Assembly: GCF_000143415.4 (NCBI RefSeq)
Contig: NW_003314311.1
Coordinates: forward strand, 876,769-940,768
Origin: Selaginella moellendorffii
Lineage: Eukaryota > Plantae > Lycopodiophyta
Direction of reading: 5' to 3'
Length of the DNA: 64,000 nucleotides
This document shows, piece by piece, positions 27,560-39,400 of this stretch (position 1 is the stretch's first letter; every line of letters begins with the position of its first letter). Made by a program: the position numbers and the translations under genes. The notes beneath the pieces are model-generated. The model worked only from the letters and a program-made list of their open reading frames with translations. It was not told where the DNA came from and did not search any database.

Positions 27560-28345
27560 TAGCATTTGAAGAACTAATATTCTTCAATAGTAAACACCAA
27601 CTTACTAGAGTCACATGTCTACCATAGAACCGTTGCCTACTGTGCAATTAATCACAACACCATCTAGTGGGCAATAGAACTCAAGCAAAACATACATCAT
27701 TGATAGAGTTCGAAATCAATATCCTAGAAACGTGTTGCAAATCTACTCATCCACAAGGTTGGGTATGATGTTAATGGAACTATTGTACCCAGGAAAAAAA
27801 CGTGTTTCACACTTGCTATCATGAAACCCCTCATGTGTGTTTATGCAAAAGGCATAATATAACCCAGAAAATAAGAAAGTTTAGAAGTTAGATAAAAATA
27901 TAAAAGATGTACTCAACCTTTCAAGCTTCCCTTGGAATCAATGCTAATAAGATTCATAATGTATTTGGAAGAGAATGACTTGAAATGAACTTTTGTTGCA
28001 TATATCATAAGCTTATACATCTATTTGGGGTCATTCAGTAGGATAAAAACAACATGATCAGTTTCAAGCATAAGTGCTTTTGACAAGAGGAATGCAACAC
28101 ATATATGGTCAAGTGTGAGAAAGTTCCAGTCCTCGACTTTCCCATCAATATCTAAAAGACTATGTCTGGAAAGTCAAAGAGAATGAAGTCTGCAAATGGG
28201 AGCAAAGGCCTTTATATCTTTCGGCACCATGGTCAAACTGAAACAATATGTCCATGTTCATGTCATCTTCCATGAAAGATGTTAGCAATTTACTATAGGA
28301 GCCAATGAAGACACCCATAGTGCCTTGGTGTGTTATGGGGGAAAT
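27560..28345 (-). pseudogene. Beta-class amino-methyltransferase-like pseudogene A (N6_N4_Mtase-like)
   Basis: Manual minus-strand reconstruction: VFIGSYSKLL..PFADFILFDFPD..GKVEDWNFLTLDHICVAFLLSKALMLETDHVVFIL / intron ~27865-27917 / YYAFC..KC..GYNS..TFLG..MMYVLLEFYCPLDGVVINCTVGNGSMV.(C)DSSKLVFTIEE. A motif IV-like strand (28164-28190) precedes a motif I-like G-loop (27629-27673). Stops and frameshifts are present. Confidence 0.6.
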
Positions 28346-29141
28346 AAGACAAACTTATAAAAGAGCCAAGTGAAGGAAAAAAACAAGGAATAATATGCTA
28401 CTATCATATGGTATGTTATTGATGAGATTTCCTCCAACTCCTCGTCACTACCATCTTGTCAAGCTAGAATGAAATTACTACTAATAGTCATTGCTACAAA
28501 AAACATGTATTAGTTTGTAAAATTCATATTTGCTTACTTTGAGGTCAACATGATATTTTGTGCACCACTTGATCATTGTTATTTACTAATGGAACCTAAT
28601 CTAGATCTTGGTTATCTAATGGTTAAACTAGAGCCTGATCCTAGTTGTCTGGTGGTGAAATATAAACTTAATCTAGGGCTTCTTCATCCTCTTCTCCATT
28701 GTCACTTGTATTGCCATTGTTGCTAACATTGACAATTTCCTCTTGGTTTATGTTAGGGTCTCCATCCCTAGGAGTTCCAACTCCCAAGGGCATTTTATTT
28801 TCCATGCCTTTGGAACTCTTGCAAATATTGTACATTCCTCCATCCTTTACACCCTTTATAACAAGTCAAATGCAAACTGATGCCTCAAATGGCATGCCTC
28901 TATATTGAAGATATCTGTAAATAATATATATTTAAGAAAGATTTTAGAAATCATGTTATACCTATAAGAATGAAAAAAGGCTGACCATGTTAGCAATCAT
29001 AAGTTGTCGTAGCCACTGGTTTAGAGTTTGGGGTTTACCCTAAACCCTAAACCGAGGAGGAGCAAGAAAAAAAATCATAGAAGCAATCAAATGAAAGAAA
29101 CTCCCACTCATGTGTTGGATTTTTCTTGCTCTTGATCTCAC

Positions 29142-29569
29142 TGTCAAGACCCCCAACAAGATCAAGACTGGAAAATGCAAAAAGACAAAGAGAAAAAGCT
29201 AGTGGAAACAAAGAAAAGGCCTTAGACTGGCGTTGATTCAGATTGTGGAGAAATGGAACAAGGCTAACTTATATATACTATAGGTTGATGAAGCTCCACC
29301 ACTCTTGGATCGAGGACGGCCTAAATATAGCTGAGGTCGAGGAGGCGCCACATCATCATCAGGAATATGGCTCAAGACTCAGGAATCGGGAAATGTCTCG
29401 AGAGTCAGGAATAGGGAAGTGTCTCGAGAGTCAGGAATAGGGAAGTGTCTCAAGAGTCAGGAATAGGGAAGTGTCTCGAGAGTCAGGAATATGGTCTGCA
29501 GGTCAGGAATCCGACGAGAGTCAGGAATGTGGCAGGAATTGGGGGATTCCAATTGGGGGATTCCTGACA
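29142..29569 (-). repeat. 3' LTR with 26-bp tandem unit (gagagtcaggaatagggaagtgtctc x3-4)
   Basis: Direct repeat of 34365-34792. Confidence 0.95.
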
Positions 29570-29580
29570 GCACCCCCTCC

Positions 29581-32500
29581 TCAAGAACGAGTGGAACGAG
29601 GATGTGAACGAGAACGAAGAGGAGGATGAGATGAGCGGCGAGGGATGGGAGATGGAGAAAAAGAATGAGGACTGGGACGAGAAGGATAGCGGCGGTGGAA
29701 GTCCTGAACAAGGTCAGGAGAATGAATTAGGTTGTCCGCAGGTTCCCAAGTGCGTTCCTCAGGTCCGTAACCCTTCCAGTCGACCAAATAGTAGAGTTTA
29801 GACCGTGAAATCTTGGAATCAAGGATGTCCTGAACCTCGTACTCAGACCCATCCTCGAGCTGCACTGGTGGAGGCAGAGGAATGACCCGATTTGGAATAG
29901 GACTGGGAATATAAGGCTCAAGGAGAGAGGAGTGAAAAACAGGGTGAATTTGATATGAAGAGGGAAGTGCAAGGCGATAAGTGACGGGATTAATGATGGC
30001 AGTGATAGGAAAAGGACCGAGGCGTTTGAAATCGAGTTTTAGACAAGGCCTGGTGGTGGAGATATTTCGCCTGAGGAGCCAGACTTTATCCCCGATATTG
30101 TAAGGGGGACAATCCTGACGATGGACATTGGCAAATGTTTTGTGAGATTCTTGAGCACGATGGAGGTGGAAGGAGATGGAGTTGTGGATTTCCTGGAGGT
30201 TGGAGATAAATGCCTCAGAGCAGGGATTTGAACGAGAGGATTCGGATGAAGAAGGAAGTGAGAGATTGAATCGGGGATTTCAGCCAGAGTTCGCAAAGAA
30301 GGGGGAAACTCGAAGAGAGGAGTGAACAGAGTTGTTATAGGAGAACTCAGCAAGGGGAAGGATATCGAACCAGTTATCCTGATGATAGTTGATGAAGCAC
30401 CTCAAGAATTGTTCCAACGTCTGAATCATTCGCTCGGACTGCCCATCAGTTTGAGGATGATATGCCGAAGAGAGGTTGGCCTTCACTCCAAGCAGCTGCA
30501 AAAACCGTTGCCAGAAATGAGAGATGAACTGAGGCCCCCGATCCGAAACCACATCTGTAGGAATCCCATGAAGTCAGAAAATTTCCCTGAATACCAATTT
30601 TGCCATGTCCTCGCCCGAAAATTCCTTGGTACACGGCAAGAAGTGAACCATCTTTGTGAAGCGATCCACCACGACTAAAATACTGTTGAAGCCTCCAGAA
30701 CTCGGAAGATCACTCAAGAAATCCATGGAGATGGATTCCCAAGGACTTGAAGGGACTGGGAGGGAACGAAGCAAACCTGAAGGAAGGTGGCGAGGTACCT
30801 TATTCCGGGCACAAGTGTCACAGGAGGTAACAAAAGCTTTGATGTAGTCATCCATGTGAGGCCACCAAAAGTCTCGTGCAACTAGCTCATAGGTTTTCGC
30901 AATGCCGAAGTGACCAGCAATCGGGCTATCGTGGCACGCCATCAGGACCAACCTTCGAGCATCACCTTCAGGAACGTAAAGCTGCTCCCCACGGTACAAT
31001 AAACCATCTAAGAACTCGAACTCGTCAAATCGCCGGCAGTCGGGAGTCACTGGGTGTCCAGCCTGAAGATGGGTGAAAATATCGCTGGCGAGGTCATCGG
31101 ATAGGAGATCGTTTCTGATTGCATCCATCAAGGAGGAGTCCTGAGGGGCCAGGGAAATTGCCATAACTTGAAGCCGATCAGGACCGAGGATAACTTGATC
31201 CTGTTGATCGAAGGCAGGATTACCAGGCTTGAGACTGAGATAGGAGCGCCTTGAAAGAGCATCAGGAAGGCCTTGAAGCTTTCCAGGTCTGTACTTGATA
31301 ACAAAGTCAAATCGACTCAGGAATTGTGCCCACCTTGCTTGACGACGGCTCAAAACTTGGGAAGTGGCAAAGTACTCGAGATTTTTGTGATCCGTCCAGA
31401 CTATTGTTTGATGGTCCGCCCCCTCCAAGAAACGGCGCCACTCTCCAAAGGAATCCACGATGGCAAGGAGCTCCTTGTCGTGGATTTCGTAATTGATCTC
31501 TGCAGGCTGGAATTTTCGAGAATGGAAAGCGACCGGATGAAGTTCGTGATCTACTCCGAGTTGAGACAGCACAGCACCAATGGCAAAGTCGGAGGCGTCA
31601 GCCTCGATGAAGAAAGGTTATGAGGAATCAGCATGGATCAAGACGGGAGCAGAACTGAAGGCCACCTTGAGTGTGTCGAAGGCCTACTGGGCAGCAGCAG
31701 ACCAAGAGAAGGGAACATCCTTGCAAGTGAGATGCGTGAGAGGAAGGACAATGTCAGAATAGTGATCAATGAATTTGCAGTAGAAGTTGGCAAAGCCAAG
31801 AAAAACCTGAACGTCCAACATTGATTGTGGAGGCTCCCATTCGAGAATAGTCTTGACTTTGGCAGGATCCATCGTGATACCCTCAGGAGTGACAATGTAC
31901 CCAAGGAACTCCACAGACTGCTAATCAAATGAGCATTTCTCAAGCTTCGCGTATAGGCCGTGTTCTCGCAGCTTCGCTAGCACCTTGCGTACATGTTCGT
32001 CGTGCTCCTCCTGAGTTTTTGAGTAGATGAGGATGTCATCGAGGTAGACGATCACCATCTGATCAAGAAACTCCCGAAAGACGTCGTTCGCCATGTGTTG
32101 GAAAACTGCTGGAGCATTTGTCAAGCCAAATGGCATGACAGTGTACTCGAAGTGGCCATAGCGGGTTCGGAACGCAGTCTTCCATTCATCACCAGGCCGG
32201 ATCCGGATCAGGTTGTATGCTCCACGGAGGTCGATCTTGGTGAAGAAGCGGGCACCGCCGAGGCGTTCCAACAGGTCCGAGATCAGGGGCAGCGGATAAC
32301 GATTCCGAATAGTCACCTTGTTCAAACCTCGGTAGTCGATGACTAGCCGCAAGCTCCCATCCTTCTTCTTGACAAAGAAGACAGGCGCTCCAGCCGGGGA
32401 CTGCGAATGCTGAATGTAGCCCGAGGCAAGGTTCTCATCCACGTACTCTTTGAGGGCCTTAAGCTCGGACGGGGATAACCCGTAGATAGGCCCCCACGGA

Positions 32501-33321
32501 GGTGACGCTCCTTCCTGTAAATCAATGGGACAATCATAAGGCCGATGAACAGGCAGTACACTAGCTTTTTTCTTGTCAAACACATCCCCAAAATCATGAT
32601 ACTTCTCAGGAAGACTGACAGGAGAAACATGCAAAGCAAAAAGGAAAAGAGGTTCTTCATGAAGGAGTTCTTTCATAGTGATTGTGGAGATAGGAGGAGG
32701 CGTACGACTAAATGGAATGATGAGACGAGGATACGGTCCAGTGTAAGATGGAAGAGAGGAAAAAGAAGAGGGTGAAAACTTTGTAGAGTCAGGAACAGAA
32801 CCCCGATTCCTGATTCGGACTCGATGAACAGCAGGGGAAGCCGTGGGAGAGATGAGCTGTAATTCCTTCCAACAGATCTGAGGCTGATGTAGTTGGAACC
32901 AAGGAAGACCGAGCACCACAGAGGAGGACTTGCTGTTGATGATGTTGAAGGCGATATCGGTGACGGTGGACCCGATGTGTACTCGAACGGGCAATGTTTC
33001 CCTAAGTCTAGAAGATGGAGACACAAAATGCCCGCCGATGCCTTCAACCCTCAAATCCTGTATGGTAGGAGAAAGAGGAACGTGATGTCGGGCAGCAAAG
33101 TCCGTGTCCATGAAGCAGGAAGTTGCACCTGAGTCTAGTAGCGCCAGAGCCTTGAGTCCTGATTGTCCGGTGAAAGAAAGGAGACATGGGACGCGGAAGT
33201 TGTGGGAATTGGTGGTGGCTTTGATGAAAGGTGGTGAGGAGCTTGATAAAGAAGAAAAGTGATTTTTATTCGGGGAGTCCAAACAGACAGCTCCTACTCT
33301 GTTTGGACAGGGTCGTTTCCC
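29581..33321 (-). pseudogene. pol (PR-RT-RH-INT-chromodomain), interrupted by nonsense mutations
   Basis: Motifs LDSGA, YLDD, EADAS, HPQTDGQSE and a chromodomain. In-frame stops at ~31921, 31684, 31618, 30574 and 30280. Confidence 0.92.
33237..33321 (-). promoter_or_regulatory. -1 ribosomal frameshift signal (G GGA AAC plus pseudoknot)
   Basis: Slippery heptamer at 33315-33321 in the gag frame, 6-nt spacer, 11-bp stem 33298-33308/33277-33287, and loop AGGAGCU complementary to 33237-33243. Confidence 0.85.
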
Positions 33322-34265
33322 GACTGCAATAGAGGTGGACTTTGAGGCAGAGTGAACTCGAGCAGTCGGGGAGGCTTCTTGGGACATACAGCTGCTTTAT
33401 GATTAGGATCAGCACAATAGAGGCAAAGATTATGAGATATTCGACATTGCTTCTCAGCAGGACTCAACTTCCCTCTAATGAGTCGGGGAGTACCAGAAAT
33501 ATCCATCGGAACCGGAGTAGTAGCTTCAGGAGTATGCCCTGAAGACTCAAGCTGGGATTCCTGAGTCTGGGACGGAAAAACAACGGCGCGGCGACTTTCC
33601 TGACGACGTTCAAAGAGACGATTGTCACATCGAATAGCTTTGTTGATGGCGTCCGACAGGTCCTTGGGATCCTCCATGGTGAGCAACAAATCCTTGACAC
33701 CGTTGTTGAGGCCGAAACAAAATTGGTCAATCAGGGCCCGCTCATCCCACTGAGTGTCCAAAGCAAGGAGTTGGAACTCTGCAGCATAGATCGAGGCAGG
33801 ACGAGACCTCTGAGAGAGACGTCTCATCTTTGTGGTAGCAGCCCGAACCCGATCCGTCTCGCCAAAACATGCTTCGAGCTTCTCTTTGAACAATTGAAGA
33901 TCCATCAGCTCCGGAACCACGACCCCTTTCATGCTCTTCTCCAGAAGAGGAGAAAACCATGACAAGGCTGCACCTTCGAGCAATGTCCCAATCGCGCCGA
34001 TTTGAGACTCGGGAGTGGGGTACCGCTGATGTTGAAGTGCGAAGATCAACTCCATCTGGTTCAGGAATCCGCGAAGCTCCGAACGCTTGCCTGAAAATTT
34101 CGCCGGGAAACTCACCTTCGGTTCAGGAACTTTGCTGGATCCTTGAGCCGAAAGTGAAGCAAGTTCCTGCTGCATGCGAAGAAGGGTCACCTTCAACTCG
34201 GTATTCTCAGACTGGATTTTTGCAAGGACTTCAGCAAAGAAATCAGGATGACTTGGAGACTCCAT
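33294..34265 (-). CDS. Retrotransposon Gag (intact ORF, CCHC zinc knuckle)
   Basis: [15 protein letters not shown]..., [14 protein letters not shown]. Probable ATG at 34265 (MESPSH). Confidence 0.88.
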   Translation of the reverse strand: MESPSHPDFFAEVLAKIQSENTELKVTLLRMQQELASLSAQGSSKVPEPKVSFPAKFSGKRSELRGFLNQMELIFALQHQRYPTPESQIGAIGTLLEGAALSWFSPLLEKSMKGVVVPELMDLQLFKEKLEACFGETDRVRAATTKMRRLSQRSRPASIYAAEFQLLALDTQWDERALIDQFCFGLNNGVKDLLLTMEDPKDLSDAINKAIRCDNRLFERRQESRRAVVFPSQTQESQLESSGHTPEATTPVPMDISGTPRLIRGKLSPAEKQCRISHNLCLYCADPNHKAAVCPKKPPRLLEFTLPQSPPLLQSGNDPVQTE

Positions 34266-34364
34266 CGGCAAGAAGAAAGAAAAAAGGGGGAAAAAAGGCA
34301 AAGGTAATCAAACAACCAAAACGAGCTAAATCAAAAAACGAAAAAAACACAATCTAAATCAAAC

Positions 34365-34792
34365 TGTCAAGACCCCCAACAAGATCAAGACTGGAAAATG
34401 CAAAAAGACAAAGAGAAAAAGCTAGTGGAAACAAAGAAGAAGCCTTAGACTGGCATTGATTCAGATTGTGGAGAAATGGAACAAGGCTAACCTATATATA
34501 CTATAGGTTGATGAAGCTCCACCACTCTTGGATCGAGGACGGCCTAAATATAGCTGAGGTCGAGAAGGCGCCACATCATCATCAGGAATATGGCTCAAGA
34601 CTCAGGAATCGGGAAATGTCTCGAGAGTCAGGAATAGGGAAGTGTCTCGAGAGTCAGGAATAGGGAAGTGTCTCGAGAGTCAGGAATAGGGAAGTGTCTC
34701 GAGAGTCAGGAATATGGTCTGCAGGTCAAGAATCCGGCGAGAGTCAGGAATGTGGCAGGAATTGGGGGATTCCAATTGGGGGATTCCTGACA
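34365..34792 (-). repeat. 5' LTR (TATA at ~34493-34500)
   Basis: Direct repeat of 29142-29569. Confidence 0.95.
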
Positions 34793-36413
34793 CTCACACT
34801 CTCAATCTCAACTTGTGCACTTAATCTCTTGCAGTCTTTCACTCTCTGACTTTCAATCTCAACTTGTGTTCACACTTGCATGCTTGATTTCTCACACTCA
34901 TGTGCTTAATCTCTCACACTCTACCACATTTGATCTCTCGTACACTCCACTCACTGCACAAATAGTAATCTAATCTTAACCTTAACTAATTTCTCATCCT
35001 TTCTATTCATTCTGAATAACCTAAATCTCAACCATTACAATATCTTCGATCTTATTTTATTTTATCATTATTATTATATGTGAATTATGCTTCTTTATTT
35101 TGTATATTTTAATGATGATATAACTAGCAAATGTCAATGTTTCAGTTATTAGAGATATGATATTATTTTTTCCAAATTATCTAGAAAGGTTGCATTCTCA
35201 TCAATATTTTGTATGTATTTTGGAATTGTTACAAGAACTTTAAAGAGTAAAAATAAGGCATGCTGAAATATATTGTACTATATTAATCTATAAATAGATG
35301 AATCCTCATCCAGAATTTTTTTTTGTATTGTATTAGATCCTAAATAATAGGCACATGCTTTAAATGTCATTGAGCAGTATTCATAATTATGGATAACACT
35401 TGAGTCATACTAAGAATTGAATTTGTCATTGAAGAATTATTATTACTTAGCACTTAAGATTTGACAAGATTTATCATCACCTAGCACTTAAGATTTGATA
35501 TATTGACACATCACAAGTGCTAATAGTCAAATTAGATCTTTTAGATAGACACATTATACCAGAATATTATTACTGATATCATTATTGACTATCAAACTAC
35601 ATGTACTGACAATCCTTATTTGGATCTATATGCATACATGCATCAGACATCATAATAGATGATAATAATATTTATACTATCACACTTGCACATGTTAAAT
35701 TTGCTATAGAATTTAAATTCATTTTGTAAGTTGTTGACATTCTTCTTATTGCTCTCCTTAAATTTCAATTTATGTTTTTGTACAAGTAGCACAAAGAAAG
35801 AGAGAACTCCAAAACCTATTAAAAAAGATGGAGAAGTTTTTTTTACATTTTCAAGATCATCCACCTCTTTCATTCTTTTAGAGTATTATTTCCAAAAGTT
35901 TTTTATGTTGACATGTTAATCTTCATCTTAGCTCTATTTTTTTAGAGGCTGTGATTCGCAATAACACCAATATAGTTGTATGCTCATAATTTCTTCTTTC
36001 CGATGTAAGTGAGGGCAAACAACAATGGAATTTGTAGAATTCCAAGTCAAAGGAGATTTGAGTTTTGGGATCTCTAATCAAAGTGCTGAGATGCACTTCA
36101 GCAAAAGTGAATGTAAAGTAAGAGTCAATTGTCATCCTCTCTTCCTTTTTTAGTTCAAGTGGAGAAGTCATACTAGTGTTGGCATTAAATTCACTAGCTC
36201 TATTATTGCAAATATGACTTCGGGTATCGAAAAATACTTGTCGGCTAGTCCTTATAAACACTCTTTCCTTATTGCTATGATAGCAAGAGCTTCGTATAGT
36301 TGAATCCCTTTAGTAGCCCCTCTTGTGCTAGTGGAGTTAATTGGACATTTTAAGTGTATTTAGATCGGATAATCATAAGGATGGAATTCCTACGTATTAT
36401 TAGTTAAGTATAT

Positions 36414-39400
36414 TATTGCAAATGTGACTTCGGGTATCGAAAGATACTTGTTGACCAGTCCTTACAGGCACTCTTTCTTTACTACCATGACAGTAGGAGG
36501 TCGGTACTGCTGGTTCCTTTCAATAGCCCCTCTTGTCCAAGTGTTAGTTTACTGGGCTTAGCATCTGTACTTAGCCAGATGGACATAACGTAGGAACTCC
36601 TATGTGTTTCTAGTTGAGCATTCTCAGCCTGACTCTTAGTTCTTTTTTGCTCTGTCTTGCACTGGCTTGGCAAGAACCCTTGCATATTGAGACTAATCCC
36701 TCAATATCGCTGGATGATAGCTTACCGTGTCTGCCAAACACCCTTGCTATCACGCCCTTTATGTTAGTCTCATTTCAGTCCAAATGCTATTTATGGAAAG
36801 TGTCTAGATTCGCTCATTTAGCATATCTATGGAATGTAGAGATTGGCCTGAACACAATGGTGTTCGTCCCATGTCCAAATTTGTAATCTAGTGCCATTCC
36901 ATATTTAGTAAGTTTCAAACTTGTCCCAGAGACTAACTCCTGGTATTAAGGGAGGCTTGGGGTGAAAGCCCAAAGCGTGTGTCCCTCAAGGGGAAAGGGG
37001 GGGGGGGGCTGTGGGGGGTTCCAAATGTATAGTAGGGATAGTGGTTGGAATGCATGTCCGACCACCTGAGACATCAGTTTGGCTCCCGCTGGGCTGTGTC
37101 GCTCCTTGTTCTGCATCCGGCTTGGGTCTAAGCCTAAGCTCCACGCTGCTCTAGTCGGTGGAGTACCCTCCTTCTCGTGTTAGGCCACCGGTATGCCAAA
37201 ATTGTGCCAAACTCCGTCTGACACCATTTTGCGTGCAGGTGCTGGATACGGGGAGCTGGTGCTCGTGGGATTGTACCGGACCCTCGTTTCATAGTGCAAC
37301 GGGCTTGGAGTTCGGCTCCAAATTCAGGTGCGCTACATTTGGTATCAGAGGAATTGTCTCAGCGATTCCTATCCAACTTTTGTCGGATTTTCTGACTCAA
37401 GTTGCATACACAGAGACTTTTCTAGTAGATCCAAAGCGACCTATGTAGGATTAGTTGGATTGCATCATTCGGTAAGAACGTTGCATGCATGTTCAGTTAC
37501 TGATAGAGGCATGCATGCAGCTAGCGGGATGGTGAAACGGAACCGTGCTGATAATGCTGAAACCTCTAGATGGGCGAATCGAGAGGAGGAAACTCCTGCT
37601 AGAGATGCTGCGGAAGAGGCAAAGGCTGAGTCAGAAGAGGAAGAGCCGGATGCTATGGCGTTGCAGCGAACGGCTCAGGAAGTCGAGATCGAGAATTTGC
37701 GAAAAGAGATTCGCAACCCCGAAACCACCCAATTTTAGAGGCATGCAGGACTATCAGGTTTTGGAAGACTGGGTCTACGATATGGAAAACTATTTCATAG
37801 CGGCAGATGTAGATGATGGTACGAAAGTTGCGTGTGCGCAATCCTTTCTCACCGATCATGCCAAAACTTGGTGGCGCCAGGTGTGTGCTGAAAAAGGGCA
37901 GACTAGAAGTTGGACCAAGATGCGGTCTCGTATCCGTAAGGAATACTTCCCTGATGATCTTGGTCTGAGACTTTGCGCGGAGCTGCGGCGGTTAAAGTAG
38001 CGAGGGGATCTCATGCATTACGTTAATGCGTTTGCTCAAAAGCGCATTATGATTGCAAATATGAGTGACGAAGATGCACGGAGTTATTTCCTGGAGGGTT
38101 TAAGTTCACTTTTTCGTAATGAGATTTTGAAGTTTAAGCCAAAGACGTACATGGAGTGTAAGGAGGCGGCGCAGCAAGTTGCCTTTAGTCACTCGCTCAT
38201 GGAACAATATCAGCAACCGTATGCTGGTAACTCGGATAAGAATAAAAATTCTGGGAATAAACAAGGTGATTGAAAACAAAGGGTGGAAAGTAGGTTCCGC
38301 CCTGGAGGCTCACAAGAAACGGTTAACAAAGGTGGTGGTGGTTGGAGACCACCAGCAACTTCTTTTGGTCCTAGGCCCTCTATTCCTCCTCCTGGTGGAT
38401 ACAAGCAGCAGCAATCTGCAAAACCTGCTTCTAGCGGAACGGGTAGTGTGAGTCATTGCTTCCATTGTGGAGAGTTGGGACATAAGTCCTTGGAATGTCC
38501 CAACAAGCATAAGACAAGGTCTCAGGTTAATGTCATGAGGGAAGACGGTGGTGGTGAAGCTGAAGGGGTTGACAAGTTGGTCAATGCAGACTATGAGGAA
38601 GAAGAGGTGAGTAACTTTCGTTGCTTTCCTCAAGCTTTTCTTGCAGTCAATGCAAACACTGATCCGTTGATGTATCTGGTAGGCTTTTTCTGTGGACACC
38701 GAATCTGAGTGATGATTGACACGGGAGCTACGCACAGTGTGATATCCGAAGACTTAGTTAAGTTGTTAGGATTGAATGCTGAGCAAATGTCGCCTATGCA
38801 CTTCCGATTTGCGGAAGGTGGGCAAGTAGCCAGAAAGTTTGTGAGTGATGTTCCAATAAAGATATCCAAGTGGAAAGAAAGAGTGGACTTGGTAGTGTTG
38901 AAGATACTAGATTTTCATATGGTGTTTGGTATGGATTTCTTCAACAAGTATATAAAAGGGATTTATGGTGCTGGACAAAGTCGTATCACGTTGAAGTAAG
39001 AAGGACGTCCTGATGTATCCTTTCAGCTGCAAAAGCGTTCCTCAAAGGATTGGGATGCGAAGTTCCTGACTGCGAGGGCCGCTCAAAAAGCAGCTAAGAG
39101 GGGATGTCGGACCTTTTGGGTTCAAGTGATGGAAGCTGAGGGTGTGGGTGACTCAATTCGAATTGGTGATGGGGTTGATCCTATACCAAAGAAGATATTG
39201 GAGTTGTTGGCGATGAATCAGGATATCTTTCCGAAGGAGTTGCCACCAGGGCTACCTCCTAGCCATGAGGTTGATCATCGGATTGAGGTTATTCCGGGTT
39301 CTAAACCACCTACGAAAGCTCTATATCGGTTGAACATCAAGGAGATGGCTGAACTCAAGAAGCAACTCACAAAGCTTCTTGAAAAAGGTCATATCCAACC

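Larger units (their letters stand above)
29142..34792 (-). mobile_element. Young Tcn1/Tf1-sushi-like chromovirus LTR retrotransposon
   Basis: 428 bp LTRs at 29142-29569 and 34365-34792 (8 transitions counted by eye), perfect TSD ctcac, PPT at 29570-29585, gag plus -1 frameshifted pol with chromodomain YEVQDILDS..YYLVDWKGYGPEERTWEP, and no tRNA PBS. Confidence 0.95.

Noticed and set aside
29020-29052. Interstitial telomere
   Set aside because: Only two or three CCCTAAA-like units; at most telo-box motifs.
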